A stretch of DNA of 59,951 nucleotides, counting the filler, from Fonticula-like sp. SCN 57-25 (lineage: Eukaryota), in NCBI GenBank assembly GCA_001724245.1. It is 10 parts of 10 records of this genome, joined end to end, with 100 filler letters (N's around TTAATTAATTAA, not from the genome) between each part and the next. Parts side by side here need not be neighbours in the genome. Positions count along the whole stretch, not along the records: positions 1 to 6,242 come from MEDX01000707.1; positions 6,343 to 12,544 come from MEDX01000708.1; 8 more parts are not named here. The stretch is one strand, 5' to 3'. Within the stretch, counting starts at the first letter, position 1, and every line of letters starts with the position of its first letter. Shown piece after piece: positions 1 through 11,964 of the stretch. The notes beneath the pieces were generated by a model that was given only the letters and a program-made list of their open reading frames with translations, ran no database searches and was not told the origin of the DNA. The position numbers were made by a program, and so were the translations under genes.

Positions 1-522
1 GCCAAGCGCGGCAGCGGCAAAAACAGAAAATCCGACGCGGCTTTTCCCGCCAAACGCCCACGTGGCGACGAAATTGACGTGTCGGCGACGAGCGCGGTGC
101 TTTTGGCTGCTGTGGCGGACGTGACGGTGGATGAGAATGAGCCGAGGTATTGTGTGTGTAATCAAGTGTCATATGGAAGCATGATCGCATGCGACAACAG
201 TACAGTACGAAATATATTATGTTTATATTATGAGTGTATGAGTGTAATGTGTTTATTATGTGTTTATTTTGTGTTTATTATGTTTATTTTATGTTTATTT
301 TGTGTCTTTTTTGTGGCATTTTGTGTCACTTTGCTTCACTTTTACTTCACTTTTGCTTCATTTTGCTTCATTTTGTGTCACTTTTACTTCACTTTTGGCT
401 TGATATTCACTTTTATCTAGTGTGAAAAGGAGTGGTTTCATTACCCGTGCGTGGGACTTACGACACCGCCGGCGGGAAAATGGTACTGTCCAGATTGTAA
501 AAACAAGAAAAAGAGCAAGTAG
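1..522 (+). CDS. ING-family PHD-finger chromatin protein, 3' part (exons 1-204 and 421-522; 5'-truncated)
   Basis: Splicing intron 205-420 (GTACGA...TAG) joins [22 protein letters not shown] to [26 protein letters not shown], the ING PHD signature; TAG at 520-522. Confidence 0.9.
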
Positions 523-870
523 GTCGCATTGTATATTGATGGGTGGGCACAAAAAGTGCAAATTTGATACAAAAATGGTCATTTTGGTGCAAAATTGGTA
601 CAATTTTGGCCTTTTTAGTGTCTTTTTGTGCGTTTTAGTACCTTTTAGTGCCTTTTTGTGCCTTTTTAAATGTGTACAAATAAATATAATCAAATCATTT
701 TTCGGTGTTTATTCACCCAGCTACATGTAAAAAAGAGAAAAAAACCAAAAAAAAGCGGCGCCAAACGCGCCCATTTTGCACTTTAAACATGAAAATGTCT
801 CTTTTGTGCACTTTTTTTAATGTTCATATTGCCAGAATTATCGCCGCAAACATTTACACGCACTTTTCGC

Positions 871-3376
871 CTACTCGGCCTCCTCCTGCGACGGTCCCTC
901 CTGGTTATTTTTGAGCGATGAGCGGCCGGCGCGCATGACCTGGTCCACAATCAACAGATTGCTCGCAATCACAGTGCTGTAAAAGGGAAAAGGGAGGGAA
1001 AAAGAGAGGGGAAAAGAGAGAAAAAGAGGGTAAAAGTGACAAAAACAAAGTAAAAACACACAAAAATGACACAAAAAAAACACAAAAAAGTGACAAAAAC
1101 AAAGTAAATTCAAACAAAAAAGTGACAAAATCAAAGTAAAACCACACAAAAAAGTGACAAAATCAAAGTAAAAACACACAAAAACAACGTAAATTCAACC
1201 AATTGTTAGTACAATCTTCAACTACTACTTCTACTTCTTCCATACCAAGAGTGCAGCAACTGACGCTTGACACGATAGTTATCCCAAATACCCTCCACCA
1301 CCGGATCCAGCGTCTCCCCAGTCGCCAAATCAATCCCCACCACGTGGCCCGCCGCCGTCTCCTCATGCATCTTGACCATCACATCCTGCTGGTCAAACCC
1401 GCCATTCTGCGCCAACACTTTCGGAATCACGAGCATGGCATTCGCGTACGCCACAATGCCATTGACCGCCTTGCCGCCCGTGTACGTCTCTTTAAACTTC
1501 ATAAGATGGCGGTAAAGTCCGACTTCAAAGGCGCCGGCGCCGGGGATGACGCCCTTGTCCTCGATGGCGTTCTTGATGGCGCGGAGGCCGTCGCGGATTG
1601 CTTCGTTGATCTGGTCGAGCGTGTGCTTGTTCTGGCCCTTGATGAGGAGCGTGCAGGAAAAGGGGTTGGTGACGTCTTCGACAAAGGTGTACTTTTCTTC
1701 GCCGACAGTGTGCTCGTAGACGAGGCCGGCGTGGCCGAGGACGTCGGGGGTGAGGTCGTCAACGGAATTAACAGCAATCTGGAGGAGTGTTAGAAGTGGA
1801 AGGGGAATGAAAATGACATGAAAATGACACATAAAATGACATGAAGTGTCATAAAATGGTACAAAATGGCACAAAATGACAGACAAAAAGTGTCAACGAC
1901 ACTCAGAATGACACAAAAAGACAGGCAAAAATGTCTCAATAACACACAAAATGACATGAAATGGTACACAAAATGTCTCAATGACACACACAATGACACA
2001 CAAGATGACATGAAAATGATACTTTTGACAAGCAAAAATGTCTCAATGACACACAAAATGATATACAAAATGTCTCAATGACACCCACAATGACATGAAA
2101 ATGACACATAAACCACATTTTCCCTTCTTCTTCCCATACTCCTCTTCATCTCCCCCTACGTACACCACCGCAAGCGAGGGTGAGACGCTCCATGTTGCGG
2201 CGCTTTGCACGCCTGAGCGCCAGAATCCCCTCCCTGGCGAGCAGGTCGAGCGCCAGCGGGTCAATTCCCTTCTGGTTGATCCACACAAAGCCCTTCTTGT
2301 TGCCGTCGCACACCTTGCGCTTGAGCTCAATGATCTTGCGGACGCGCTCGTCGACGTGCTTGCGCTCGGCGGCCACCATGCGGTCGCGCTCCTCGGCGCT
2401 GCTGTACACAAAGCCAGAGTTGATTTCCGTCTTTTCATACTCCATAGAAACGTTGCCGACGAGGATGAAGGCGTCCTCGACGCGGCGCGGCATGTCGGGG
2501 TGGCGCGCGCCGTGGTCCATCACGAGGCCTTTGACGAGCTTCGTGTCCATGTCAGTCTTGTGGAGCATCTTCATGATCTCGACCATGAACAGGTCAATGC
2601 GCTGGTTTGGCCGCTGAATAGTGAGCACAGCGTCGACAATGGACTCGGTAAGCAGATCGGCAAGCTCAAGATGAAGCTGATCGAGCGGCAGGAAAAGCAG
2701 AAAAAGAGGAGGAAAAAAGGAAGAAAAAGCGTCAGCCATCGACCGCATCATCACTAAAAACACGCACCTTGGTGCGGAGGGAGGTGCGCGCGACCTGCAC
2801 GAGGAGGTCGCGGTCGACCTTTTCGGGCGAGCGGCGGAACGAGTCGAGGAACTTGAGGGCCTCGACCTTGGCCACCTCAAAGCCGTCAGTGACGACGCGG
2901 GGATGCAGGTTCTCGGCAACAAGCATCTGGGCCTGCTTCAAGAGCTCGCCAATGATAAGAACGTTCGACGTCGTGCCGTCGCCAGTGGCCTCATCCTGGG
3001 CGGAAGCGGCGCGCGCAATCATGGCAGCGGTCGGGTGCTGGATTTGCTGCAGACGGGAAAGACATTGATTAGAGCGCGCGCAAGAAGGAAAAGAAAGGAC
3101 GAACCATCTCGCTGAGGAGAACCTTGCCGTCCTTGGTCAGCTTAATGTCGCCAGAGCCGCTCACGAGCCTGCACGCAAAGGAAACAAAAATGAGCGCTCA
3201 TCGCGGGCAAAGAAAAGAGGAAAGGAAAAAAAGTCGCACATCTTGATGGTGCCGCGGGGGCCCAGGTTCGTCTTCAAAACGTCCTGCAGACCGGCAGCCG
3301 CGTTGATATTGATCAACAGCGCCTGGCCGCTGCGCGCAACCTCCGCCTTGGGGTTGAGAGCGCTGATTGCCGCCAT
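871..3376 (-). CDS. CCT6: T-complex protein 1 subunit zeta (CCT/TRiC), multi-exon
   Basis: [71 protein letters not shown] and [16 protein letters not shown] across ORF fragments; introns include 977-1245 and 1779-2163. Confidence 0.95.
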
Positions 3377-3635
3377 GGTTTCAACGTCCTCGCCTCACTC
3401 AAGCGACACACACGCGGAAGGGAAAGAAGCACAAAGGCGCACTCTGATGACCATCAGTGAAAAGAGGCGGAAAGTTCATGGTCATCAGCGCTCGAGGGGC
3501 AGTAATCGATGATGGCCATCAGCGATCGCTCATGGTCATCAATCGCTTGAGGGGCAGTGAATGCAAATCACGCCATGACCCCAACAAATATTACCGTTTC
3601 ACACTGTGGGCATCGTGGGCAGCGCGCGCGACATC

Positions 3636-4920
3636 ATGACGTGTGACTGCACTGTGACGGCGGCCCTGGAGGCCCCCGCCGACATGATTATCGCCTTTGT
3701 GTCGAACCCTGTCACGACGATCGCCGCGACCGCCGTGCACGTGGGCGCCTTTGCGCAGCAGTACTACTCGCTGGCGCGTGGCACCGTCGAGGCCGCCATC
3801 AACCAGGTGGCGCCGACGCTACTCCCGGCCGTCGATGCCTTTGCGGCCGAGCACGCGAGCCCGCACGTCGCCAAGCTCCCTCTCATGAACTTTATGGACG
3901 TCCTCATGATCTGCATCGGCTACCTCTCGACCATCTTTGTGCTGTCGGTGCTCAGCCGCACCATCCTGCCCAAGTTCACCATGAAGAGCTTTTCGCTGAT
4001 CCACAACCTGATCCTGTCGTCGCTCTCGCTCTACATGTTTGTCGAGGTCCTTCACCAGGGTGCGCTACTGACCGCCGCGCTCTGTGCCTAAACTAACACA
4101 ACCCGCGCAGCCATCATTGTCAGCGGCTTTTCCCTCTTTGGCAACGCCGTCGACAACACCGCCGCCGGCTTTAACGTGCGCGCCCTGCCCATTCTTGTGC
4201 ACGCACACTGACAAATGACGTTGCTCTTTCCAGCTCGCGCAGATCATCTGGGTCTTTTACGCGTCCAAGATCCTCGAGTTCCTCGACACTGTGCGCTTCG
4301 CCCCTTTTTGTGCACCTGATGATCCTCTGACAGAATCATGATTAGGTCATCATGATCCTCAAGAAGAACTACCGCCAGGTGTCGTTCCTCCACGTGTACC
4401 ACCACCTTTCCATCTTCCCCATCTGGTGGCTCGTGACCCTCATGGCCCCCGGAGGCGACAGTACGTCCTTTCCCGCCACTTTTTCCCGCCACTTTTTCCT
4501 AACTTTCGCTGCTTAGGCTACTACTCTGCCGCCGCCAACTCGCTCGTCCACGTTGTCATGTATGGCTACTATTTCCTTTCTGCCATTGGCGTGAACCTGT
4601 CTGTGATCAAGCTGTACATCACGTCGATGCAGATGACGCAGTTTACGACGATGCTGATCCAGGCCGTGTACATCTGGGTGATGCAGCCCGCCGGCTACCC
4701 CGTGCTCCTCGCCCAGATTCTCTTCTTCTACATGATTTCCATGCTGGCGCTCTTTGCCAACTTTATGATGCAGACCAAGCGCGCGCGCGCCGCCGAGAAG
4801 AAGAAGCAGGCGGCCGAGAAGCAGGCGGCCGAGAAGAAGGCGCAGGAGGAGAAGGAGAAGAAGGCGCAGGCCGAGGCTGCGGATAAGAAGAACCACGCTG
4901 CCAAGCCGGCTGCTCACTAG
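3636..4920 (+). CDS. ELO/GNS1-SUR4 fatty-acid elongase, probably PUFA (delta-6/ELOVL5-like) type; 4 short introns
   Basis: Motifs FYASKILEFLDT, SFLHVYHH (about 4382-4405), NSLVHVVMYGYY and YITSMQMTQF; several hydrophobic segments. Confidence 0.9.
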
Positions 4921-5332
4921 GTTAGCAGGGGAATGGTTTGAGGTGGAAGAAAGAAGAAGAAAAGTGTACATTTGTGTTCGCGTTCGTTTCGCTGTGATTG
5001 TGGAATATAGACGCGAAGCAAGTTGATGATATTGAGTGGGGGAAAGTGGAATGACAATGCATAGAAAATACGCATAGAATGCCATGAAATAGTGTGCATA
5101 CGTGGTTAAATACGTAGATAAATGTGTGCGGCACGCATCAATGGGCACCATGATCGGTCGCATCGTCCTTGATCACCCCCGACAAGAATTCAGAATCTGA
5201 CATGCGCACTGGATCCAATATCAACTTTGACTATACTCTACATAAAGAGCACAATTGTACACATAGTCCGTGCAATGTGCATGAAAGGGACAGAAAATGA
5301 AAGGCAAGTAAAAGTACATATTCCATACAGGT

Positions 5333-5692
5333 TTAGGTGCTCAAGGCGAGCGACACTGATGTTGACGCATCGGCATCGTTCGACGCGGTGACAGGGAATG
5401 TAAAAACGGTATCCGAGCTCGTGCAGAGGTCGCCTGCGCACAGGTACGCCTGCACAGTCAGCTTCACCTGAGCGCTCTCGGCCATCGCGGCCGTCACCTG
5501 GCACACGACATCAAACGAATCGCGATCGTCGCCCTCGAGGACGATCGTCCCTTCCGAAGAATCACCCGACGGCGACACCGACCACTGCGCAGGCGCACCA
5601 TTTGCAAAGTGGTACCCGCCAGGCGCACGCACAGTGACGCTCAGCGTGCGTCCGACACTCAGGGACACTGCAGTTCCGCTCACCGCTGCCAT
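5333..5692 (-). CDS. 119-aa beta-rich protein resembling the SOQ1/NHLRC2 C-terminal (DsbD-N-like) domain, with a C-x4-C pair
   Basis: Single ORF with PGGYHFANGAP and VQAYLCAGDLC motifs; an in-frame stop lies just upstream of the ATG. Confidence 0.55.
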   Translation of the reverse strand: MAAVSGTAVSLSVGRTLSVTVRAPGGYHFANGAPAQWSVSPSGDSSEGTIVLEGDDRDSFDVVCQVTAAMAESAQVKLTVQAYLCAGDLCTSSDTVFTFPVTASNDADASTSVSLALST

Positions 5693-5865
5693 TTCGTTTC
5701 GTTACTTGAGGGGCAGTCAACAAGGTTAAAGTGGGTTCCAAAATGTACACAAATGCAATACTCTTTGTTCGATATTAAACCATAAACAGTGTCGTTTAGT
5801 ATTATACAAGGTAATAAAATGATACAAATGCGTCAATAAAAGAGTGTTTTCATACATGTATGTTG

Positions 5866-6242
5866 CTATTCCCCCTGTACATCGCTCTCCTTTTGGCCTT
5901 CCTCATCCTGATCTTCGTCCTCATCGCTGTACTGGATGTGCATCTGCTGCCGCCGCACCATCTCCCTTAGTGGCGGCAGCATTGTCTGCGCCAACCCTCA
6001 CAGTGAGCACACGCGCAAAAGAGAGCGCGCCGCGTACCGTTGACGCGACATTGTTGTCCTCGAGGACGTCGAGGGCCGCCGCGATCGCCTCGAGCGTGCT
6101 CATGCACGCCGCCTTTGGCTGCCGCCGGATCGTGTACTCGCGGTACACGGGCGTCTCGCCGCGGAACTGCACCTGAATGACGCCGCCGAGGCGGTCGCGG
6201 TTCGCAGTCATCATGTTCTTGGCGTACTGCCACGTGGCGTCA
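5866..6242 (-). CDS. DTWD2: DTW-domain tRNA-uridine aminocarboxypropyltransferase, 3' part (intron 5986-6037)
   Basis: DATWQYAK motif at the contig edge and IRRQPKAACMSTLEA; spliced last exon TMLPPLREMVRRQ...QGE*. Confidence 0.8.
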
Positions 6243-6342
6243 NNNNNNNNNNNNNNNNNNNNNNNNNNNNNNNNNNNNNNNNNNNNTTAATTAATTAANN
6301 NNNNNNNNNNNNNNNNNNNNNNNNNNNNNNNNNNNNNNNNNN
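6243..6342. other. Artificial contig-joining spacer; identical spacers at 12545-12644, 18812-18911, 24967-25066, 31040-31139, 36952-37051, 42747-42846, 48501-48600 and 54252-54351
   Basis: Nine identical 100-nt N spacers with a central TTAATTAATTAA (stops in all frames); flanking genes are truncated at them. Confidence 0.99.
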
Positions 6343-9300
6343 TGCAATTGGAGAGTCCATTTCTGGGAATCTTGTTGTTGCGCGCCAAGTAACGTGCACT
6401 GCTGAGTGAGCTGCTCGTTATCGCGTGTGAGTGAGTCTACCTGCATTCGAAGCTTATCTGCTTCTGATTTGTGCTGTTGCTGGATTTGGTCTACCTGTAC
6501 GTGGTGCTGTTGCTTGAGTTGCTCGCATTCGTGTGTCCATTGCTTCTCCTGCTGTTCCAGTTGCTGCTTCTCCTGCTCCATTTGAGTGAGTGACTGTTGC
6601 AATTGAGTACGTGTCTGTTCCCAGAGCTGCAAGTGTGAAGCATGTTCCGCATGCCATTGCTGCTTCTCATTCTGCAATCGTTTGTCCATCTTATTGCGAC
6701 ACTCTTGCACCTCTTGTTCCATTTCGAGTTTCATGGTGGTGACTTGCTGCTGCTTCCATTCGAGTTGCTGTTTCAATGATGCCACGAGTGATTCCTGTTC
6801 GTTCAATCGACTGTTCAGCGGCTCAATGACCGTGGTCTCCAGATGCAATTGTAGCGATTGCTTCTCCGCTTGTAACGTGTGGGCATGTGTCTGCTGAGAT
6901 TCGATGAGTGTCTCACGGGAGCTCTGTTGTGCAGAATGAGCCTCTGCTTCGAGCTCTGAGATACGATGTTGTAACTGGGTGGTGCTCTGTTTCAATTGCT
7001 GGATTTCGGTAACACGTTGTTCCAGTACCTGTTGTCTTTGAGCTTCTTCGCGCTCGTAGCGCAATTCATGTTCTCTCATCTCCTCTTGAAGCTTGCTGGA
7101 CAATTGCAATGCCTTAGCCAGTTGTTGTTCCTTGTCTGCAACAGATATCGATTGTGCAGATGAAGAAGATTCAATAGAGGTCTTAATCTGCTCTAGTTCC
7201 TTGGTGAGTGTAGTGCATTCGTTTGTCACATTATCAATGGTCTGTTGTCGCTCGTCCAGTTGACGCTGGAACGAATCTCGCTCTTGTTCCATGTTTTGTT
7301 CTAATTCCAGGAGTTGCTGTCTGTGTTCTTGTACCATCTGTGTCTGTTTCTGTTTCCATTTGTTATCCAAATGCGAGTTGTGCTTATCCAGTAGTGATCC
7401 CATCATTGTGGAAATCTGCTGCTGTTGCTGTTGTTGTTGTGGTGGCACAACAGGTGGTACATTGGTGGTTGTGGCAGCAATGGGCATGGTCATCATCATG
7501 GAGTTTGTCTTTTGCACAAACTGGGTGAGCTGGTCCTTTTGCATTTTCAGCTGAACAAGCTTGGTGCGTAACGCAAGCAATTGAACTTTGAGTTGCTTCT
7601 TGTATCGCTCTTGTTCGCCCACAGTGGACTGAAGACGTGTTTGCCATTGGAGTACCGTGCGATCAAGCTTATCTGCTTCGCTCTGTTGTGCTTGGCGCAT
7701 AGTTTCCTGTAGCTCGTTATTCATGGACTGTACTTGGGTCAGTTTGTTCTGCGTATCCTTGAGCTCCTGTTGCACCAATTGCAGCTGTTCAGAGGTGGAA
7801 CTTGTGCTATGTGACTGTGTCTGACCAGTGTGAGATGAAGATGAGTTCTGTTCGTGAACCACAGAGGCTGATCCATTGTCAAGTTGAGTAGCGTGTTTCG
7901 GTTCAGAAGATGATGATATCTGTTGCTGCTCTTCTCCTCCCTCTCCAGTGGCAGTCTGTTGCTGCTCTTCTTCTTCTCCATCAGCAGGGGTCTGTTGCTG
8001 CTCTCCCACTGTGATGGCTGCCTGTTGCTGAGCAGAGACTGTAATCTTCTCCAGGGTCTCGCCCAATTGCAGCGTACCCATGGTCTCTGTGCTGCAATCG
8101 CTGCTCGGGGCACACGCAAGCACCACACACGTAGCACAGTTGACACAAGTTCTACTGTACAGAATGGCGCGAATTGCAGACGCAAAAAAGTCGAACGACT
8201 GGTCATCCTGAACCAGCGCATCCATCATTTGCGCATAGGGAACCAGTGAACTGGGGGCCATGTCAATCGCACACAATCTGCTGGACTGCTGCTGCCCAGC
8301 ATCCCCGGGACTCTTGCGCGTGATTTTGAGCTCCACAAAGAGAGTGGAATGGGAGTGGGGCTGTAACTGTGACGAGTGTGACTGGGAAGAGTGTGTCGCC
8401 CGCACACTCCTGGCCCATGCTTCTGCAAGCAAATTGAAAATCTCCTCCTCACTTGCAATGTACTGCTCTGAGATTCCGTTGAGCTCCACTTCGTTGTTCT
8501 CGTGGAGCACGACTTCGAGACTCGTCTGCTTCTCCTTGAGCAAATCGACAATCGTGTTCCCCTCCTGGTCCCCCAGAATCTCGTAGATCGCGACGCAGAG
8601 GGAGAACTCGAGGGCCTCGTCCGTCTCGCAGATCACATCGAAGAGCGCGCGCACCGCTCGCGGGAACAGACCGTCCGTCACGCGCTCCTCGCTCGGATCC
8701 AGGATGAACGGCACTGCACCGCTGCTTCCGCCACCGCCAAATAGACTGTGCGTCTTGCCAGATTGCGCGCCGCCGTGTGCGACAATTGTCGCATTGAAAC
8801 CGTCCATTAGGTGCTCGACGGTTGGCTTCCCGCAGTACTGGAAGATGTCCTCCTGTTGCGCATTCATGTTGAACACACTCCCAAACGCAAATTCTTTTTG
8901 CTTATCCTGTGTATGTGTGGAGAGAGTGAATGAGAATGTGTGAACGTATGTGTGTGGAGTGAATGAGAATGTGTGAACGTGTGTGTGAATGTGTGGAATC
9001 ATCATAATTATTATTGTTGTCAATGAAAGATGGTGATTGTGGTGATCGTGGTGAATAGCAAGAAGTGGTGCAAGAAGTGGTGCAAGAATTGGTTGGTAAT
9101 GTGTCATGATTATCATTGGAAACATGACACGGTTGGAATGGGTGCGGAAATGTGGGTATAGCAGGTTCAAAATGTATGCAAGTGTTTCACATTTGTTAGT
9201 TTAGCACGGTGATCACTCACTCGTTGCATGCCATCAACGAAACCATACCTTGAGAAGCACCTTTTTGCCACTCTTGTGGAACGCAACGCATGCTTTGGGC

Positions 9301-9392
9301 TGACTTCCCTCGCCAATTTCGTCCTTGACGAACGGTCTGAAGCGAGGAACCACGAGGATCTTGAATTGTGTCTCGTTGTTGCTTTTTGACAT
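6343..9392 (-). CDS. Kinesin-like protein with degenerate motor domain and long Q-rich coiled coil (exon 1 9249-9392, intron 8907-9248; 3'-truncated)
   Basis: Exon 1 ILVVPRFRP; exon 2 FAFGSVF, MDGFNATIVAHGGAQSGKT, YEI, ETMGTLQLG, followed by coiled coil. Confidence 0.8.
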
Positions 9393-9680
9393 GTGTCGGT
9401 TGGTTGACAATCTTTTTTGCGCTCCTTATTCTCTCCTGTCGTTAAGGCTATTGTGCGCCACTCCACGAATGGGTACGGTTGATTAAAATTGCGAACCACT
9501 CAGCACTCACACCAAGAGAATTCGTTTCCTTCTGCCATGTTCTCGGTAGATCAAAGTCAACTCCGTGCAAAATTCAGAGGAACCAGCAACATTATCAAAA
9601 AGATGTCTAGAACAGAGTGGAGCGGATCTCTCCATGTTTTAATTCGGTTGGCTGTCAACCAATAATTGGACAACCGTGCA

Positions 9681-9952
9681 ATGTCACTTAGTCGCGAAGA
9701 GCTGCAGCAATTGTTCAAGGAATTCGACGCAGATGGTACGAATTCGTCCAACCTTTCGCACCTTGCGCTAACAACATAGGGAACGGAACAATGGACCAAG
9801 AGGAATTCGGTGCGATGATTCGTGAGCTGGGAATCAGCCTTTCGGACGAAGAGATGAAGGAGGCATTCAAAGAGCTGGATGTGTCAGGAGACGGATTGAT
9901 TGAATTTGAGGAATTTTGCACTTACATTCAAAAGTTACAATCGATGGACTAG
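9681..9952 (+). CDS. Small two-EF-hand calmodulin-like protein (about 75 aa; intron 9736-9779); absent from the ORF track
   Basis: Spliced product MSLSREELQQLFKEFDADGNGTMDQEEF...FKELDVSGDGLIEFEEFCTYIQKLQSMD*; the intron has GTACG, a CTAAC branch site and TAG. Confidence 0.88.
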
Positions 9953-10089
9953 TGTGTGATTCACACTTGTCTTCTATTTTGTGTACATGGACTAGTGGGG
10001 TGATCACATTTGATCTACTTCTACCCTATGTGCACGCACCCTCAAGTATGACCACTAATTGTGATCCCAAATCATTCTCCTTCTTTTTC

Positions 10090-10335
10090 AATCTCTCAAA
10101 CACAGTAAAGCACGTATTCCCTCCAAACATGTACTGAAGCACAAAGTTCCACCACCTACTTTTCAAACATGCACAAAGTTACACCATCTATTTCTCTCAA
10201 ACATGCATTGAAGCACACTGTTCCACCTAATCCCCAAAATTCCACCTACTTCTCTCAAACATGCACTGAAGCACAAAATTCCACGTATTCCCTCAAATAC
10301 GCGGTGAAGATCACATTGTTCCACCATCTACTTTT
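10090..10335. repeat. Degenerate tandem repeat (about 35-40 nt unit, CACAAAATTCCACCTACTTCTCTCAAACATGCACTGAAG-like) between convergent genes
   Basis: Recurrent ctcaaacatgca, tgaagcaca and ttccacc blocks. Confidence 0.6.
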
Positions 10336-11964
10336 CAAAAGTAGCGAAACGCAAAATTTCGTCCAACACACGATGCTCCTGGATCATCAGGGCATGGTCA
10401 GTTCCCTTGAATCTAGTGACCGTGACCGTGTGATTCTGTGTTGCCGCGAACTGATCGCACAGCTGCAAATCAGCGACCGTCACCACCCCATCCCCATTGT
10501 CGTACTTGAGCACATTGACCTCCCCGGGTGTTCGAAGATCGTCAACGTACAGCTGCGTCACTGTGGGTACCGCAGTCCCGTAGATGCAGTGCACGGGGAC
10601 ACCCGGGGGCAGCAGCTTGTCACACTGCTCCTCGTTGACCACAATGTCATAGGTGTGCGGATGGCCAATGTCGTCAAAGAGCTCCTTGAGATCGGCAACC
10701 GTGTAGTTCCGCTGTTTCGACACTATCACCGTTCTCCCACTCCAGTGCGCGAGAGATCGCCCAGGGACCATCCATGCGAGTGACCCAAAATAGCTGGCCA
10801 ATGGGCGTAACGAGAAAGGATTTAAGATTGGGATTCCGTAATTGGTGCCCAGGGTGAACGCTGCAAGAGCAACGACTGTCCCACCGTAGCTGCCACCGAG
10901 TGCAATCAAACTCGCGACAAACTGGTCCTTCCATTGTTGCGACACATACCGTGCGAGGAAGTAGGAGATGAACGGTGATCCGAGCGAGTGTCCCAGGAGA
11001 TGCACGCGCGACTTGTTGTTCCTGTAGTAGGTATCCTCGACCAGATTCTTGAAATTGCTGTACTCCCCACCGTCCACCATCCACTCCTTGGGTCCGAGAC
11101 GCCAGTCGAAGCCAGCACCGCGAAACGAGACGCCCTCCTCGTACCCGAATTCGCGAAAGTAGTTGATCATCTTGGCCGTGTAGCCGCCCATCTCCTTGAG
11201 CAGCCCGTTGTCCAGGTATCGAATGCCGCCGACGCCCCCGTAGTCCGCCGCGCGGATGCTCACGCCTCGCGCGTTCCGCAGCACCCGGCTGCTCGCGTCG
11301 AACACGGGCTTCATATTGTGCAGCCAGCACTCGAGTGACACAAATGGAACCCACTCGACAATGTTCACCCAGATGCGGAACCAATCGGAATTCTGGTGGC
11401 ATAACCACCCGGGTGCCTCATTCGCATCCACGAGTCGTGCATCAAGTGCTGACCCTCCGAGTCCTGCAGTAAAATTTTGGAAATGTGATGTTATTTGGAT
11501 TGTAGTAAAACCATTGTTCAAATTGAAATGTGGAGATGAACGTGAATTTTCATCATTCGAATTGTAGTGTGGATGCGAGTGTGTGTGAATGATTGTGTGA
11601 ATTTGTAATCATTCAATGTCAGCTGTAAAAATTACAATTTGGTTGCGAACGAACCGGGTACAAAAATTATGGGCTCTAGTGATCGATTGCAATTTGCATA
11701 GCGGCCCTCTGTTTTCCTCGGTTGCTTCAGGATCGTGTTGTAATGTGTGTTCATAATCGAGCGATCGTTGGTTGGTGGCTCCAATTCCAGTTCCAGTTCT
11801 GAAGACGATTCCTCAACAATCACCACCTCAGGTGATGACGATTCTTCTACATTCTGTTCTGCAGCTGCTGTTGCGATTACTACTGGTGATGGCGATTGCC
11901 CAGCACACAGCAGTGCTGTCACGAGCAACAATGCGACAGAGACAAAGAGAAAACGCTCAAACAT
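10328..11964 (-). CDS. LCAT-family / group XV phospholipase A2-like lipase with signal peptide (intron 11464-11654)
   Basis: Splicing restores PIIFVPGLGGSALDA; also GFDWRLGP, GHSLG nucleophile elbow, GDGVV and catalytic His (GTDH); hydrophobic N-terminus. Confidence 0.9.

Noticed and set aside
6287-6298. Recurrent TTAATTAATTAA palindrome
   Set aside because: Part of the artificial spacer, not a biological repeat or CRISPR array.
8907-9170. His-rich N-terminus of the 959-aa ORF
   Set aside because: It is intron sequence (CACACATT repeats); the true exon 1 lies at 9249-9392.
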